This document shows, one piece after another, positions 1-12,049 of a DNA stretch of 64,000 nucleotides. Each line of letters starts with the position of its first letter. The first letter of the stretch is position 1. Source of the DNA: an uncultured Chloroflexia bacterium (GTDB lineage Bacteria; Chloroflexota; Limnocylindria; Limnocylindrales; CSP1-4); the NCBI GenBank assembly GCA_963748625.1, contig CAVVJT010000010.1, positions 640,001 through 704,000 on the forward strand, in the 5' to 3' direction. The notes under the pieces were generated by a model that saw only the letters and a program-made list of their open reading frames with translations, did no database searches and had not been told where the DNA came from. The position numbers and the translations under genes are program-made.

Positions 1-10
1 GTTCCTCGAT

Positions 11-229
11 CTACTTCAGGCGGTAGGTGATGCGACCCCGAGTGAGGTCGTAGGGAGAGAGCTCGACACGGACCCTGTCGCCGGGCAGGATCCGGATGAA
101 GTTCATCCGGAGCTTGCCGCTGATGTGCGCGAGAACGCGATGGCCGTTCTCCAGCTCCACTGCGAACATGGTGTTCGGCAGCGGCTCGATGACGGTTCCT
201 TCGACTTCGATCGCGTCCTTCTTCGCCAA
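11..229 (-). CDS. infA: translation initiation factor IF-1
   Basis: [10 protein letters not shown]...[19 protein letters not shown]...RGRITYR; TTG start at 229 with AGGAG SD upstream. Confidence 0.97.
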   Translation of the reverse strand: MAKKDAIEVEGTVIEPLPNTMFAVELENGHRVLAHISGKLRMNFIRILPGDRVRVELSPYDLTRGRITYRLK

Positions 230-332
230 CTGTGCTCCTGGGTCCTTCTCAGCATGAATGTCGACCCGGGCGGGCCGACACACGAACGGTGAGGATATCA
301 AAGGCGCGCCGATCCGACAACACCGTACTCCT

Positions 333-1121
333 CTAGACGGTCGTCAGGATCTCCGGCCCGTTGGCCGTGATCGCAATGGTGTGCTCGAAGTGGGCTGCCA
401 GCGACCCATCCGCGGTCACCACGGTCCACCCGTCAGGCAGCACCGTGGTCGCCTCGGAGCCGATCATGAACATCGGCTCGATGGCCAGGCACAGCCCCGT
501 CTCGAGCTTGGCGCCCGGCCGGCCGGTACGGAAGTTCGGAACGGACGGATCGTCGTGCATGTTCGTTCCGATGCCGTGCCCGGTGTACCCGCGCACGATC
601 CCGTAGCCACGCTCGAGCGCAACGTCCTCGACGGCGGCGCCGATATCCCCGATGTGGCTGCCCGGCTGGGCGGCAGCAATGCCGGCCATCAGGCCGAGGC
701 GCGTCGACTCCACGAGGCGCACCGCCTCAGGGCTGCCGGCCGCGTCACCGCCGCAGATGAAGCTGCGGGCGCCGTCGCCATGCCAGTCGTTGTAGATCAC
801 GCCCACGTCCACCGACACGATCTGGCCGGCAGCGATCTTCCGGTCGCCCGGGATGCCGTGCACGATCTCGTGATCGAGGGAGATGCAGGTGGATGCCTTG
901 TACGCCCGCGGATCGCGCGCATCGTAGCGCCGGCCCCCCAGGTAGCCCAGGAACGACGGTATGCCCTTGCTGGCCCGGATGTGGCGCTCCGCCATGCGGT
1001 CGATCTCCGCGGTGGAGATACCGGGCTGCAGCGTCTCCTCGACCAGTGCCAGCACCTCGGCCACGATCCGCCCTGCGGACCGCATCTTCGCGATGTCGGA
1101 CGTGGAGTGGCGCTTGATCAT
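333..1121 (-). CDS. map: type I methionine aminopeptidase
   Basis: VHGIP, SVDVG, GDGAR, GHGIG, IEPM, HFEHT metal-ligand motifs; adk-map-infA synteny. Confidence 0.96.
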   Translation of the reverse strand: MIKRHSTSDIAKMRSAGRIVAEVLALVEETLQPGISTAEIDRMAERHIRASKGIPSFLGYLGGRRYDARDPRAYKASTCISLDHEIVHGIPGDRKIAAGQIVSVDVGVIYNDWHGDGARSFICGGDAAGSPEAVRLVESTRLGLMAGIAAAQPGSHIGDIGAAVEDVALERGYGIVRGYTGHGIGTNMHDDPSVPNFRTGRPGAKLETGLCLAIEPMFMIGSEATTVLPDGWTVVTADGSLAAHFEHTIAITANGPEILTTV

Positions 1122-1123
1122 CG

Positions 1124-1804
1124 TTACGTCGTGCGCCCCGCGAGCGCAGGGATGCCGCGTTCGCGCAGCGCCTCCCCGATCGCCGCACCGACCTCGTGGA
1201 TGCCCGAGAGCCCGTTGACGGATGCCATCACGCCCGAGCTCCGGTAGTGCTCGATGACCTCGGCGAGCGCGCCGAGCTGCTGGTCGAGGCGGGCCCGGAT
1301 GGTCTCCGGCCGGTCATCGGCCCGCTGGTACAGCTCGGAGCCGTCGAGGTCGCAGACACCGGCCGTCTTGGGTGGGCTGGAGACGTCGTGATAGAGATGG
1401 CCGGAGGCACGGCAGATCCAGCGGCCGGACATGCGCCGGACCAGCTCCTCCGCCGGCACATCGACGAGCACCGCGGCCGACACGGCAGCGCCGCGCTCAG
1501 CGAGGGCGACGTCGAGTGCCTTGGCCTGGACGCCAGTTCGCGGAAACCCATCCAGGATGACACCGGCAGAGGCGTCGGGGCGGGCCAGGCGATCGAGCAG
1601 CAGCTTGACCGTGATCTCGTCGGGGACGAGCTGGCCCGCGTCCATGTAGCGGCGCGCTTCGAGACCCAGGGGCGTACCGTCGCGCACGGCGGCCCGGAAG
1701 ATGTCCCCGGTGGCGACCACCGGGATCCCGAGCCGTGCCGCGAGCAGCGGAGCCTGGGTGCCCTTCCCTGCGCCTGGGGCGCCAAGGAGGACGACCACAT
1801 TCAC
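1124..1804 (-). CDS. adk: adenylate kinase
   Basis: GAPGAGKGTQ P-loop, LDGFPRT, LID with CDLDG, QRADD. Confidence 0.97.
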   Translation of the reverse strand: MNVVVLLGAPGAGKGTQAPLLAARLGIPVVATGDIFRAAVRDGTPLGLEARRYMDAGQLVPDEITVKLLLDRLARPDASAGVILDGFPRTGVQAKALDVALAERGAAVSAAVLVDVPAEELVRRMSGRWICRASGHLYHDVSSPPKTAGVCDLDGSELYQRADDRPETIRARLDQQLGALAEVIEHYRSSGVMASVNGLSGIHEVGAAIGEALRERGIPALAGRTT

Positions 1805-3078
1805 CGGATGAAACCCTCGTACTGCCGGATGAGCAGCTGGGCCTCAAGCTGCTTCATCGTCTCGACGACGACGGAGACAACGATGAGGATGCCCGTGCCA
1901 CCCAGGGCGATGTTCTGGAACTCCGGTCGGACGAGGCTGATGAAGGGGGGCAGGGCCGCGACGACGCCAAGGAAGATGGCGCCTGCCACGGTGATCCTGG
2001 TGACCACCCTCGCCAGGTAATCCTGCGTGGGACGCCCCGGCCGGATGCCGGGGATGAAGCCGCCGTTCTTCCGCAACTGCTCGGCGGTCTCGTCCGGCTT
2101 GAACGTGAACGCCGTGTAGAAGTAGGTGAAGCCGACGGTCAGGAAGAAGTAGAGCGCGACGTACAGCCACGACCGGCTGCCCAGGAGGTTGACGACCGCA
2201 TTCGCGATGTCCCCAACCAGCCCCCCGGCAGTGGTGAAGTAGCTCGCGATCTGGCTCGGGAAGAGCAGGATGCTCACCGCGAAGATGATCGGGATGACGC
2301 CTGCCTGGTTGACCCGGAGCGGCAGGAAGGTCTGGCCTCCCTGGTACATGCGCCGGCCCCGCACGCGCGACGCGTACTGGACCGGGATCCGCCGCTGGCC
2401 CTCCTGGATGTAGATGATCGTCGCGACCGCAGCGATCGCCAGGATGGCGAAGAGGACGATCTTCGCAAGGTCCGGGTTCTCCACGAACGACACCAGCGCT
2501 GCGGGGGTCCGCGACACGATGCCCGCGAAGATGATGAAGCTGATGCCGTTGCCGATCCCCTTCTCCGTGATCAGCTCGCCCAGCCACATGAGCGTGATCG
2601 AGCCGGCGGTGAGGGTGGCGATCTGGGTCCAGGTCTCCCAGCTGCCGAAGTCGAACGGCGTCGCAAGCACGCCGTTGACGTTGAGCAGGGCCATGAAGCC
2701 GTACGCCTGGAGCAGCGCCATCGGCACCGAGAGGTACCGCGTGTACTGGTTGATCTTGGTGCGCCCGTACTCACCCTCGCGCTGCAGCGCCTGGAGCGAC
2801 GGGACCACGCCCGTCATCAGCTGCATGATGATCGAGGCGTTGATGTACGGGTTCACGCCCAGCGCCACGACCGAGAAGCTGGTCAGGCCGCCGCCGGAGA
2901 ACAGGTCGAGCAGGCCGAAGATCGCGTTCTGGTCGAGGAAGCTCGCCAGCTGGTCGCGGTCGATGCCCGGCACGGGGACGTGCGCGAGCAGCCGGAAGAC
3001 CAGGAGGATCCCGGCGACATAGAAGATCCGGCGCCGGAGGTCCGGCGCCCGGAATGCGTTGAGCAGGCCCTCGAACAC
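1801..3078 (-). CDS. secY: preprotein translocase SecY
   Basis: LGVNPYINASII, GIGNGISFIIF, NQAGVIPIIFA, IPGIRPG; multi-TM. Confidence 0.98.
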   Translation of the reverse strand: MFEGLLNAFRAPDLRRRIFYVAGILLVFRLLAHVPVPGIDRDQLASFLDQNAIFGLLDLFSGGGLTSFSVVALGVNPYINASIIMQLMTGVVPSLQALQREGEYGRTKINQYTRYLSVPMALLQAYGFMALLNVNGVLATPFDFGSWETWTQIATLTAGSITLMWLGELITEKGIGNGISFIIFAGIVSRTPAALVSFVENPDLAKIVLFAILAIAAVATIIYIQEGQRRIPVQYASRVRGRRMYQGGQTFLPLRVNQAGVIPIIFAVSILLFPSQIASYFTTAGGLVGDIANAVVNLLGSRSWLYVALYFFLTVGFTYFYTAFTFKPDETAEQLRKNGGFIPGIRPGRPTQDYLARVVTRITVAGAIFLGVVAALPPFISLVRPEFQNIALGGTGILIVVSVVVETMKQLEAQLLIRQYEGFIR

Positions 3079-3084
3079 GGCCGG

Positions 3085-3630
3085 CTAGCCGTTGTCAGCC
3101 GCGTCGGCCACGGCCTCGGGCACAACGCCCAGGGCCGCCGTGGGCTCGCTCGGGATCTCGATCACCTGCGCAGTGCCGCCGGCGGCCTCGATCTTCTCGC
3201 GGGCGCTCTTGGTGAACGCGTCTGCGAGCACGAACAGCGAGACCGTGACCTCGCCGTGACCGAGCACCTTGAGCGGGAAGCGGTCGCGGCGCACCAGGCC
3301 TGCAGCCTTGAGCGTGTCGGTGTTCACCGTGATCGGTGCGCCACCCTCGCTCACGAGCTTGCCCGCCTCAACGGCAGCGCTGATCGCACCGACGTTGACG
3401 ACCTCGTACTCGACGTCGTTGATGTTGCGGAAGCCGCGCAGCTTCGGGATCCGGATGTGGATCGGGGTCTGGCCGCCCTCGAACCAGGCCGGGATCGAGG
3501 CGCCGGCGCGCGAGCGCTGGCCCTTCGTGCCACGGCCTGCGGTCTTGCCCTTGCCGGCCGCGATACCGCGTCCGACCCGGGTCTTCTTGGTGACCGACCC
3601 CTCCGCGGGGTGAAGGTCGTGGATCTTCAT
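3085..3630 (-). CDS. rplO: 50S ribosomal protein L15 (short acidic C-terminal extension)
   Basis: RVGRGIAAGKGKTAGRGTKGQ, FEGGQTP. Confidence 0.97.
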   Translation of the reverse strand: MKIHDLHPAEGSVTKKTRVGRGIAAGKGKTAGRGTKGQRSRAGASIPAWFEGGQTPIHIRIPKLRGFRNINDVEYEVVNVGAISAAVEAGKLVSEGGAPITVNTDTLKAAGLVRRDRFPLKVLGHGEVTVSLFVLADAFTKSAREKIEAAGGTAQVIEIPSEPTAALGVVPEAVADAADNG

Positions 3631-3842
3631 CAGTTCTTCTCCGCGGTCGTCGTGCCCTCGGGGAGCTCCTCGACGGTCACGAGGAACCGGACCTGGCGGA
3701 CCATCCCACGGACAGCGGGGTTGTCCGGCAGGATCGACGAGCTGCCGATGCCATGCAGGCCCAGCGCCCGGATTGTCGCCCGGTTGCGGTGGATGTGGCT
3801 GATCGTGGACTTGGTCTGGGTGACCTTCAGGCTACCGGCCAT
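3630..3842 (-). CDS. rpmD: 50S ribosomal protein L30
   Basis: [10 protein letters not shown]...RALGL...DNPAVRGM; spc operon position. Confidence 0.95.
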   Translation of the reverse strand: MAGSLKVTQTKSTISHIHRNRATIRALGLHGIGSSSILPDNPAVRGMVRQVRFLVTVEELPEGTTTAEKN

Positions 3843-4374
3843 CGGCAGCCTCCTTCCCGAACGCCGCCGCCTGGCCGGGGACCGACAGGTGGAGCTTGAC
3901 GCCGCGCTGGCGCTCGAGCTCCTCCACGGAACGGAGGCTCGTGAGTGCGTTCAGGGTGGCGCGAGTCACGTTCACCGGGTTGGTGGAGCCGTGGACCTTG
4001 GCCAGGATGTCGTGGACACCCGCCGCCTCGACGACGGCGCGGACGGCGCCGCCGGCGATGACGCCGGTTCCCTTGGAAGCCGGCTTGAGCAGCACCCTCG
4101 CGGCGCAGTACTCCTCGCGGACCTCGTGCGGGATCGTCGTCCCGAACATCGGGATCTTGACGATGTGCTTCTTCGCGTCCTCAACACCCTTGCGGATGCT
4201 CTCGGGCACGTCGCCGGCCTTGCCCAGGCCGACGCCCACATGGCCGTTGCCGTCGCCCACGACGATGACCGCCGAGAAGCTGAAGCGGCGACCGCCCTTG
4301 TGGACCTTGGCGACGCGGTTGATCTGGACGACGCGCTCCTCGAGCGCGAGCTTGCTGGGGTCGATACGGGCCAC
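3832..4374 (-). CDS. rpsE: 30S ribosomal protein S5
   Basis: [26 protein letters not shown]. Confidence 0.98.
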   Translation of the reverse strand: MARIDPSKLALEERVVQINRVAKVHKGGRRFSFSAVIVVGDGNGHVGVGLGKAGDVPESIRKGVEDAKKHIVKIPMFGTTIPHEVREEYCAARVLLKPASKGTGVIAGGAVRAVVEAAGVHDILAKVHGSTNPVNVTRATLNALTSLRSVEELERQRGVKLHLSVPGQAAAFGKEAADGR

Positions 4375-4383
4375 AGGCGTCTC

Positions 4384-4749
4384 CTAGAAGTCGAGGCCGG
4401 CCTCGCGGGCCGCCTCGGCGAGCGAGCGGACCCGCCCGTGGTACTGGAAGCCCGCCCGGTCGAAGACGACCTTGCCCACGCCCGCAGCCTTGGCACGCTC
4501 TGCGATGAGCTTGCCGACGGCCTTCGCATCGTCCGTCTTGGTGCCCGACGCGTCCTTGAAGGACGCGTCGCGCGAGGACGCCGCGGCCAGCGTGGTACCG
4601 CTGGTGTCGTCGATGACCTGGGCGTAGATGTGGCTGAGGCTGCGGAACACGGCGAGGCGCGGACGCTCCGTCGTGCCTGCGAGGCGCAGGCGGATCCGCT
4701 CGTGGCGCTTGACGCGCGATGCCGAGCGGCTGGCAACGATCTTCTTCAT
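4384..4749 (-). CDS. rplR: 50S ribosomal protein L18
   Basis: [29 protein letters not shown]. Confidence 0.97.
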   Translation of the reverse strand: MKKIVASRSASRVKRHERIRLRLAGTTERPRLAVFRSLSHIYAQVIDDTSGTTLAAASSRDASFKDASGTKTDDAKAVGKLIAERAKAAGVGKVVFDRAGFQYHGRVRSLAEAAREAGLDF

Positions 4750-4752
4750 GGG

Positions 4753-5304
4753 CTACTTCTTCCCGCCGATCTTGCCGGCCTTGCCGGCCTTGCGGCGGAC
4801 CTTCTCGCCGGCGTACCGGACACCCTTGCCCTTGTAGGGCTCGGGCTTCCGGGTCGCACGGACCTTGGCCGCGATCTGGCCGACCAGCTCCTTGTCGATA
4901 CCGACGACCGCCAGCTTGAGGGGGGTCTCCAGCTCGAAGCTGATGCCCGCGGGCGGCACGATCTCGACCGGATGGCTGTAGCCGAGCGCCAGCTGGAGGT
5001 TGTCCCCAATCTTCTGCGCGCGATAGCCGACGCCGATGATCTCGAGGCCCTTGCGATAGCCGGTGGTCACACCGACGACCATGTTGTTGACGAGGGTGCG
5101 CGTCAGGCCGTGCAGGCTCTTGTCGAGCTTGTTCTCGGTCGGGCGGACAACGTTGATCACGTCGCCCTCACGCTCGAGCTCGATGCGCGGCGGGAGCTGG
5201 CGCGTGAGGGTGCCCTTGGGCCCGGTCACGGTGATGATGCGCCCGTCGAGCGTGACGTCCACGCCCGCCGGAACGGTGATGGGAAGGCGACCGATTCGTG
5301 ACAT
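4753..5304 (-). CDS. rplF: 50S ribosomal protein L6
   Basis: [17 protein letters not shown]. Confidence 0.98.
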   Translation of the reverse strand: MSRIGRLPITVPAGVDVTLDGRIITVTGPKGTLTRQLPPRIELEREGDVINVVRPTENKLDKSLHGLTRTLVNNMVVGVTTGYRKGLEIIGVGYRAQKIGDNLQLALGYSHPVEIVPPAGISFELETPLKLAVVGIDKELVGQIAAKVRATRKPEPYKGKGVRYAGEKVRRKAGKAGKIGGKK

Positions 5305-5312
5305 CGCTCGCC

Positions 5313-5711
5313 CTACCAGACGTACGCGAGGATCTCGCCGCCGAGCTGGGCCTGCTTGGCCTGGCTGCCGGTCATGATCCCCTTGCTGGTGCTGACGATC
5401 ACGATGCCCAGGCCGCCCAGAACCCGCGGAATGTCCGTCTTCTGCGCGTAGACGCGCAGACCCGGCTTGCTGATCCGCTTGAGACCTGAGACGACCGGCA
5501 CCTTGCCGTCGACATACTTGAGCTGCAGCCGCAGGATGCTGCCGGGTCCGTCGCGCTCCTCGCGGACGTCGGCGATGAAGCCTTCCTCCTTGAGGATCCG
5601 CGCGATCTCGCGCTTGGTGCGCGAGGCCGGGACCACGACCTCCGTATGGCGCGCCCGGGACGCGTTGCGGACACGCGTGAGCATGTCCGCGATCGGGTCG
5701 GAGACGTTCAT
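5313..5711 (-). CDS. rpsH: 30S ribosomal protein S8
   Basis: [31 protein letters not shown]; ATG at 5711. Confidence 0.97.
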   Translation of the reverse strand: MNVSDPIADMLTRVRNASRARHTEVVVPASRTKREIARILKEEGFIADVREERDGPGSILRLQLKYVDGKVPVVSGLKRISKPGLRVYAQKTDIPRVLGGLGIVIVSTSKGIMTGSQAKQAQLGGEILAYVW

Positions 5712-5715
5712 CTTC

Positions 5716-5901
5716 TTACCAGCTCGACTTCGTGACGCCGGGCAGCTCGCCGACAAGCGCGCGCTCGCGGAAGCAGATGCGGCAGAGAGCGAAGCGGCGC
5801 ATATACGCCCGCGGGCGGCCGCACACGAAGCAGCGGTTGTACCCCTGCACCGGATGCTTAGGCTCGCGCTTGGCTTTCGCGATCATGGACTTCTTGGCCA
5901 T
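5716..5901 (-). CDS. rpsN: 30S ribosomal protein S14 type Z (zinc-binding)
   Basis: 61 aa; CFVCGRPR...LCRICFRE...KSSW. Confidence 0.97.
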   Translation of the reverse strand: MAKKSMIAKAKREPKHPVQGYNRCFVCGRPRAYMRRFALCRICFRERALVGELPGVTKSSW

Positions 5902-5920
5902 CTGGACTCCTCCCCGCGCC

Positions 5921-6463
5921 CTAGCCGGCGAAGGGCATGCCGAGGAGTTCAAGAAGCTTCTTGCTCTCCTCGTCGGTCTTCGCCGTCGTCACGATGCTGA
6001 TCTCCAGCCCGCGGAGACGGTCAACCTTGTCGTAGTCGATCTCGGGGAATGCAAGCTGCTCCCGGAGACCCAGCGAGTAGTTGCCGCGGCCGTCGAACGA
6101 CTTGCCCGGCACGCCCCGGAAGTCACGGATGCGCGGCAGCGCAATCCGCGTGAGGCGCTCCAGGAAGTCCCACATCCGCTCGCCGCGAAGGGTCACCTTC
6201 ACGCCGATCGGGTTGCCGGTCCGGACCCGGAACTGGGCGATGGAACGCTTGGCGCGGGTGACGATCGGCTTCTGGCCCGTGATGAGCTGGATGTCGCCGA
6301 CCGCAGCGTCCACGGCCTTCGCGTTCGTCAGTGCCTCGCCCAGGCCGATGTTGACGACGATCTTCTCGAGGCGCGGAACCTGCATCGGGTTCGTGTAGCC
6401 GAACTGCTTCCGCAGCGCGGGCACCGCCTCGTTGGTGTACTTGTCCTTCAGCTGCCCGCTCAC
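5921..6463 (-). CDS. rplE: 50S ribosomal protein L5
   Basis: [29 protein letters not shown]. Confidence 0.98.
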   Translation of the reverse strand: MSGQLKDKYTNEAVPALRKQFGYTNPMQVPRLEKIVVNIGLGEALTNAKAVDAAVGDIQLITGQKPIVTRAKRSIAQFRVRTGNPIGVKVTLRGERMWDFLERLTRIALPRIRDFRGVPGKSFDGRGNYSLGLREQLAFPEIDYDKVDRLRGLEISIVTTAKTDEESKKLLELLGMPFAG

Positions 6464-6900
6464 GCCTTCACCTCGATCGGCTCGCCGCAGTGGCCGCAGG
6501 TGCGGACCCGGGAGCCGTTGTCCAGCGTGCGATGGCCGATCCGGGTGGGCTTGTCGCAGGAGCTGCAGACAATCATCACGCGGTTGGCCGGCAGGGGCAT
6601 CGTGTGGTCGAGGATGCCGCCCGGATCGACCGTCGGCATGGACCCGATGCCACCCGTGCTGCGCTGGCGCGGCTTGGTGTGCTTGCGGGCGATGTTCACG
6701 CCGTCCACGACCACGTACACGCCACCCTTGAGGGAGACGCGACGGTAGCCGGAACGGACCGGGGACGGGGACGGATCCCGGCGGATCACCTGGGTGACCT
6801 TGCCGCGCTTGCCGGCGTCCTTGCCGGCGAGCACAACCACGGTGTCACCCTTGCGGATCTCGGGGACCTTCGTCTGGTGCTCGATCGGACGCGCGGCCAT
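6460..6900 (-). CDS. rplX: 50S ribosomal protein L24 (enlarged, two CxxC)
   Basis: [22 protein letters not shown] motif; between rplN and rplE. Confidence 0.95.
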   Translation of the reverse strand: MAARPIEHQTKVPEIRKGDTVVVLAGKDAGKRGKVTQVIRRDPSPSPVRSGYRRVSLKGGVYVVVDGVNIARKHTKPRQRSTGGIGSMPTVDPGGILDHTMPLPANRVMIVCSSCDKPTRIGHRTLDNGSRVRTCGHCGEPIEVKA

Positions 6901-7268
6901 CAGAGCACCTCCGGCGCGAGCGACACGATCTTCATGTAGTTGCGGTCACGAAGCTCGCGCGCGACGGGCCCGAAGATGCGGGTGCCACGCGGGTTGCCCT
7001 GGTTGTTGATCAGCACGGCCGCGTTCTCGTCGAAGCGGATGTACGACCCGTCGGGTCGGCCGATCTCCTTGCTCGTGCGCACGATGACCGCACGCACGAC
7101 GTCGCCCTTCTTGACCGGGGCATTCGGGATCGCGGTCTTCACGCTGGCGACGATGACGTCGCCGATGCCGGCGACCTTCTTGCGCGAGCGGCCCATGACC
7201 CGGATGCACTCGATCGTGCGGGCGCCGGTGTTGTCAGCGACACGAAGCCGCGTTGAGGCCTGGATCAC
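6900..7268 (-). CDS. rplN: 50S ribosomal protein L14
   Basis: [26 protein letters not shown]. Confidence 0.98.
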   Translation of the reverse strand: MIQASTRLRVADNTGARTIECIRVMGRSRKKVAGIGDVIVASVKTAIPNAPVKKGDVVRAVIVRTSKEIGRPDGSYIRFDENAAVLINNQGNPRGTRIFGPVARELRDRNYMKIVSLAPEVL

Positions 7269-7651
7269 GCCTCAGCCTCCTCACCCTCAGCATGCTTGCC
7301 GGGGTGTGCGACGGCGTGGATCGCCTCGGTGGTCGCGGCCTCCTCGGCCGGGATCACCTCGCCGGCCCGCTCCTCACCCGCTCGGGAGAGGACGGACACC
7401 AGGCGCCAGCGCTTGGTGGCGGAGAGCGGGCGCGACTCCTCGATGAGGACGGTGTCGCCGATCTTCGCCTCGTTGCGCTCATCGTGCGCCGCGAACTTCG
7501 TCGAGGCCTTCATGACGCGCTTGTAGAGTCGGTGTCGCGTCAGGCGCTCGACAGACACGACGATCGTCTTGTCCATCTTGTCGCTGACGACGCGGCCGAC
7601 CTTGGTCTTCCGCTGTCCCTTCACGGGGCTTGTTGCTCCTGACACAGGCAT
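7265..7651 (-). CDS. rpsQ: 30S ribosomal protein S17 with acidic C-terminal extension
   Basis: [22 protein letters not shown]; ATG at 7651 after AAGGAGG. Confidence 0.95.
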   Translation of the reverse strand: MPVSGATSPVKGQRKTKVGRVVSDKMDKTIVVSVERLTRHRLYKRVMKASTKFAAHDERNEAKIGDTVLIEESRPLSATKRWRLVSVLSRAGEERAGEVIPAEEAATTEAIHAVAHPGKHAEGEEAEA

Positions 7652-7661
7652 CCCGGCCTCC

Positions 7662-7868
7662 TTACTCGGCCGCACGCGGCGCGGTGGCGCGCTCGCGCTG
7701 GACGGTGAGGATCCGGGCGATGGTCCGTCGGGTCGCCGGGATCTGGCTGTAGTCCTTCAGCTGGCGGGTCGAGAGGGCGAACCGTGCCTGCCAGAGGTCC
7801 TGCTTGGCCTCCTTGAGCCGGTCATCAAGCTCGCGATCCGTGAGCTTCCGGATCTCACCGATCTCCAT
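7662..7868 (-). CDS. rpmC: 50S ribosomal protein L29
   Basis: MEIGEIRKL...[10 protein letters not shown]; S10 operon position. Confidence 0.95.
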   Translation of the reverse strand: MEIGEIRKLTDRELDDRLKEAKQDLWQARFALSTRQLKDYSQIPATRRTIARILTVQRERATAPRAAE

Positions 7869-8292
7869 CGGTGACCTCCTTCGCAGTCTCGCGGAAGACG
7901 ACCTTGGTCGCCACCGGGAGCTTGTGGGCCGCCAGGCGCATGGCCTCGACCGCTGCCTCGCGGTCGACGCCTGCCATCTCGAACATGATCCGGCCTGGGC
8001 GGACAACCGCCACCCAGTGATCCGGAGCGCCCTTGCCGGAACCCATGCGGGTCTCGGCCGGCTTCTTGGTGGCGGGCTTGTCCGGGAAGATCCGGATCCA
8101 GACCTTGCCACCGCGCTTGATCGAGCGGGTCATCGCGCGGCGGGCAGCCTCGATCTGGCGGGAGGTGATCCACGCCGGCTCGAGGGTGGCCAGACCGTAC
8201 TCGCCGAAGGCGACGGTCGAGCCGCCCTTGGCCGCACCGGACATCCGGCCGCGCATCACCTTGCGGTGCTTGACGCGACGGGGCATCAGCAT
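7855..8292 (-). CDS. rplP: 50S ribosomal protein L16
   Basis: [25 protein letters not shown]. Confidence 0.98.
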   Translation of the reverse strand: MLMPRRVKHRKVMRGRMSGAAKGGSTVAFGEYGLATLEPAWITSRQIEAARRAMTRSIKRGGKVWIRIFPDKPATKKPAETRMGSGKGAPDHWVAVVRPGRIMFEMAGVDREAAVEAMRLAAHKLPVATKVVFRETAKEVTDGDR

Positions 8293-8296
8293 GGCG

Positions 8297-8986
8297 TCAG
8301 CCCCCCTGCGCGGCGTTCGCCGCGGCGCTGACGGGAGCGGCGGCCTCGCGGCGCTTGCGCTCCACGGGGATCTCGCCCCGGTAGATCCAGACCTTGACGC
8401 CGATCCGGCCGTACGTCGTGCCGGCGTGGACCTGGCCGTAGCTGATGTCGGCGCGCAGCGTGCCGAGAGGGATACGACCCTCCCGGTCCCACTCGCGGCG
8501 ACCCATCTCGGAGCCGCCGAGGCGACCGGCCAGGGCGATCTTCACGCCCTTGGCGCCCGCCTTCATCGACCGCTGGATCGACTGCTTCATCGCCTTCTTG
8601 TAGGCGACGCGGCGGGTCAGCTGCTGGGCGATGTTGAGGGCGACGAGATACGCGTCCAGCTCGGGCTGGCGGATCTCCTTGATCTCGAGCTTGACCTTGC
8701 GCTTGGTCAGGTCGCCGATCTCCTTGCGGAGGACCTCGACGTTCTGGCCGCCGCGCCCGATCACGATGCCCGGCTTCGCGGTGTGGATCGCGACGGTCAC
8801 GTGGTTGATGCCACGCTCGATCTCGACGCCGCTCACGCTGGCATTCGCCAGGCGCTTGTCGAGCAGCTGCCGGATCGCGATGTCCTCACGAAGGAGGGCT
8901 GTGTACTCCTTGTCGGCGTACCACTTGGCAGTCCACGTTCGGGTATAGCCCAGGCGGTAGCCGTACGGATGGACCTTGTGTCCCAT
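8297..8986 (-). CDS. rpsC: 30S ribosomal protein S3
   Basis: MGHKVHP, KH domain [22 protein letters not shown]. Confidence 0.98.
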   Translation of the reverse strand: MGHKVHPYGYRLGYTRTWTAKWYADKEYTALLREDIAIRQLLDKRLANASVSGVEIERGINHVTVAIHTAKPGIVIGRGGQNVEVLRKEIGDLTKRKVKLEIKEIRQPELDAYLVALNIAQQLTRRVAYKKAMKQSIQRSMKAGAKGVKIALAGRLGGSEMGRREWDREGRIPLGTLRADISYGQVHAGTTYGRIGVKVWIYRGEIPVERKRREAAAPVSAAANAAQGG

Positions 8987-8988
8987 GC

Positions 8989-9327
8989 CTAGGCCTCCCG
9001 GTCGGCCACGACGACCGTGATGTGCGTCATGGGCTTGTGGATCGGGAAAGCCCGACCCTGTGCCCGAGGACGCCACCGCTTGATCGTGGGGCCTTCGTTC
9101 GCGATCGCGTCCGCCACATAGAGTTCGTCGGCGGAGCGATTCAGGTTGTTCTCGGCGTTCGCCGTCGCGCTGTTGAGAACGCGAAGGACGTCGCGGGCAG
9201 CCGCCTGCGGCATGAACCGCAGGGCGTTCTGCGCCTCCTCCACCGGCTTGCCCTTGATCGCCTCAGTCACGAGGCGGGCCTTCCGGGTGGATCCGCGCAG
9301 GTACTTGGCGGTAGCGGAAACACGCAT
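8989..9327 (-). CDS. rplV: 50S ribosomal protein L22
   Basis: [17 protein letters not shown]. Confidence 0.97.
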   Translation of the reverse strand: MRVSATAKYLRGSTRKARLVTEAIKGKPVEEAQNALRFMPQAAARDVLRVLNSATANAENNLNRSADELYVADAIANEGPTIKRWRPRAQGRAFPIHKPMTHITVVVADREA

Positions 9328-9339
9328 GGTGCTACTCCC

Positions 9340-9624
9340 CTACCGCAGTCCGCCGGACCGGTCGGCGTTCTTCCCGTGCCCGCGATACGTGCGGGTGGGG
9401 GCGAACTCGCCGAGACGGTGGCCGACCATGTTCTCCGTGACGTACACCGGCACGTGCTTCTTGCCGTTGTAGACGGCAATCGTGTGACCGATGAAGTCAG
9501 GGAAGATGACGGAGGCGCGCGACCAGGTCTTGAGGACCTTCCGCTCGTTCCGCTTGTTCATATCCTGCACCCGGGCGAGAAGCCGGGGCTGGACGAACGG
9601 TCCCTTCTTGACCGAACGTGACAT
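9340..9624 (-). CDS. rpsS: 30S ribosomal protein S19
   Basis: [22 protein letters not shown]. Confidence 0.98.
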   Translation of the reverse strand: MSRSVKKGPFVQPRLLARVQDMNKRNERKVLKTWSRASVIFPDFIGHTIAVYNGKKHVPVYVTENMVGHRLGEFAPTRTYRGHGKNADRSGGLR

Positions 9625-9640
9625 GCTCTAGCTCCTCTCC

Positions 9641-10471
9641 TTACGACTTGCGATGACGGCTGCGGACGATGAGCCGGTTCTGCGTCTTGCCACGCCGAGT
9701 CCGGTAGCCCATCGCCGGCTTGCCCCAAGGCGTCTTCGGGGGCATGCCCGTGGGGGACTTGCCCTCGCCGCCACCGTGGGGATGATCCCGCGGGGTCATC
9801 GCAACGCCTCGGACCTCAGGCCGCTGGCCCATGTGACGGGCACGACCGGCCTTGCCGAGGCTCTGGTTCTCGTGATCGAGGTTGCTCACCTGGCCGATGG
9901 TCGCGATGCACCGAAGGGGCACGCGACGCATCTCGCCCGACGGCATGCGCAGGGTGGCGAAATCGCCCTCCTTCGCGAGCAGCTGGGCTGACGTCCCGGC
10001 GGAGCGGACCATCTGGCCACCCTTGCCCGGCACGAGCTCGACGTTGTGCACCGTGGTGCCCAGCGGGATGTTGGCGAGCGGCAGGGCATTGCCCACGCGC
10101 GCCTCGGCATCCGGGCCGGAGACCACGAGATCGCCCACCTTCAGGCCGTGCGGGAGGAGCATGTAGCGCTTCTCGCCGTCCCGGTAGTGGAGCAGGCCGA
10201 TGCGGGCCGACCGGTTCGGGTCGTACTCGATCGTGGCCAGCTTCGCCGGCACGCCGAACTTGTCCCGCTTGAAGTCGATCCGTCGGTAGTGGGTCTTCTC
10301 GCCGCCGCCGCGATGGCGGACGGTGAGGCGGCCCTGGTTGTTGCGACCCGAGCCACGCTTCATCGGCTCGAGCAGCGGCTTGTGCGGCTTGTCGGTGGTG
10401 ATCTCCTCGAACGTCGAGCGGGTCATCCACCGGCGACCCGGTGAGGTCGCCTTATAGCTTCGGAGCGGCAT
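9641..10471 (-). CDS. rplB: 50S ribosomal protein L2
   Basis: [23 protein letters not shown]. Confidence 0.98.
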   Translation of the reverse strand: MPLRSYKATSPGRRWMTRSTFEEITTDKPHKPLLEPMKRGSGRNNQGRLTVRHRGGGEKTHYRRIDFKRDKFGVPAKLATIEYDPNRSARIGLLHYRDGEKRYMLLPHGLKVGDLVVSGPDAEARVGNALPLANIPLGTTVHNVELVPGKGGQMVRSAGTSAQLLAKEGDFATLRMPSGEMRRVPLRCIATIGQVSNLDHENQSLGKAGRARHMGQRPEVRGVAMTPRDHPHGGGEGKSPTGMPPKTPWGKPAMGYRTRRGKTQNRLIVRSRHRKS

Positions 10472-10473
10472 CC

Positions 10474-10788
10474 CTACACTCCCTCGAAGAACTCGATCTT
10501 CTGGCCGGGAGCCAGGGTCACGATGGCCTTGCGCCAGGACGAGGTGTAGCCCGAGATCCGGCCGCGCTTGGTGCCGCGGCGCTTCTCCTTGGACTTGGTC
10601 GTCAGCACGTTGACGGCGACGACGGTCACCTTCTCCTTCGCGTACAGCTCCTCGACGGCGGCCTTGATCTGGATCTTGTTGGCCTTGTCGTGGACGGCAA
10701 ACGTGTACTTCCCGCGCCCGGACTCGTCGATGGACTTCTCGGAAATCACCGGGCGGAGGATGATGTCGGCGGCGGTGAGGGCGCTCAC
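10474..10788 (-). CDS. rplW: 50S ribosomal protein L23
   Basis: [25 protein letters not shown]. Confidence 0.96.
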   Translation of the reverse strand: MSALTAADIILRPVISEKSIDESGRGKYTFAVHDKANKIQIKAAVEELYAKEKVTVVAVNVLTTKSKEKRRGTKRGRISGYTSSWRKAIVTLAPGQKIEFFEGV

Positions 10789-11423
10789 GCGTACACCTCC
10801 TCGATGCGGGCCAGGGCCGGCTGCTCGATCAGGATCGCGTCCGCATTGAGCAGATCGACCACGTTGAGCGAGTCGGCGAGGATCACCGAGACCGACGGCA
10901 GGTTCGCCGCCGAGCGGAGCAGCATGGCGTCCTTGGCGGGCGCCACAACGAGCACGCGCTTGCCGTGGCCGTCGCCGGCACCGAGGGCCGCGAGCACGCC
11001 CGCGAACACCTTGGTCCTGGGCTCGTCGGCCATGCCGAACGCGACGACCACGCGGATCGCGTCATCGTTGAGCTTTGCGGTCAGCGCCGAACGGAGCGCC
11101 AGGCGGCGCATCTTCTTGGGCAGCTTCTGCTCGTAGCTCCGCGGGTGCGGGCCGAACACGACGCCACCGCCGCGGTAGTGCGGAGCGGTGCGCGAGCCCT
11201 GGCGGGCGCGGCCGGTGCCCTTCTGGCGGTAGGGCTTCCTGCCACCGCCACGGACCTCGCCGCGGGTCTTGGTGTTGCTCGTTCCCAGCCGGCGGCCCGC
11301 CAGCTGGGCGACGACGGCCTGGTGGAGCACGGCCTCGTTCACGGGTGCTGCGAACAGCACCTCGTTGAGGTCGACGCTCCCGACGGCGGCGCCGCTACGG
11401 TCGTAGAGGGTGGTCTGCGGCAT
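10785..11423 (-). CDS. rplD: 50S ribosomal protein L4
   Basis: [23 protein letters not shown]; start at 11423 (ATG) or 11429 (GTG). Confidence 0.96.
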   Translation of the reverse strand: MPQTTLYDRSGAAVGSVDLNEVLFAAPVNEAVLHQAVVAQLAGRRLGTSNTKTRGEVRGGGRKPYRQKGTGRARQGSRTAPHYRGGGVVFGPHPRSYEQKLPKKMRRLALRSALTAKLNDDAIRVVVAFGMADEPRTKVFAGVLAALGAGDGHGKRVLVVAPAKDAMLLRSAANLPSVSVILADSLNVVDLLNADAILIEQPALARIEEVYA

Positions 11424-11425
11424 CG

Positions 11426-12049
11426 TCACGCCTTCTTGACGAACGTCAGCGCGCCGGGTGCACCGGGAACCGAACCCTTGACCAGGATCAGGTTCCGCTC
11501 GGCATCCACACGGACGACGCGAAGCTTCTTGATCGTGACCCGCTCGTGTCCCATGTGGCCGCTCATCTTGAGGCCCTTGTAGACACGCCCGGGTGTGGTG
11601 CCGGGGCCGATGGAGCCCGGCTTGCGGTAGCTGTCGGAGCCGTGGGTCTTCGGACCGCGCGAGAAGTTGTGACGCTTCACGGTGCCGGCGAAGCCCTGGC
11701 CCTTGGAGACCCCGGTGACATCCACGAGCTCACCCTCGGTGAACACGTCGGCCACGGAGATCTGCTGGCCCACTGCGTAGCCGTCGACGTCGTCCAGGCG
11801 GAACTCCCGGATCGTGCGGACACGGGGGAGGTCCTTGAGCTGGCCGGCGAGCGGCTTGGTGAGCTTTTTGCGCTCGCCGGCGCCGAGCTGGACGGCGGTG
11901 TAGCCATCGCGCTCGGCGGTCCGGAGGCGGGTCACGGTGTTGGGGGTCACCTGTACGACCGAGACGGCAATCATGGTCCCGTCAGGCTGGAACACCTGGG
12001 TCATGCCGACCTTGCGGCCGATGAGGCCAATCGTGTGCTGGCTCATCAC
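11426..12049 (-). CDS. rplC: 50S ribosomal protein L3
   Basis: [30 protein letters not shown]. Confidence 0.97.
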   Translation of the reverse strand: MMSQHTIGLIGRKVGMTQVFQPDGTMIAVSVVQVTPNTVTRLRTAERDGYTAVQLGAGERKKLTKPLAGQLKDLPRVRTIREFRLDDVDGYAVGQQISVADVFTEGELVDVTGVSKGQGFAGTVKRHNFSRGPKTHGSDSYRKPGSIGPGTTPGRVYKGLKMSGHMGHERVTIKKLRVVRVDAERNLILVKGSVPGAPGALTFVKKA

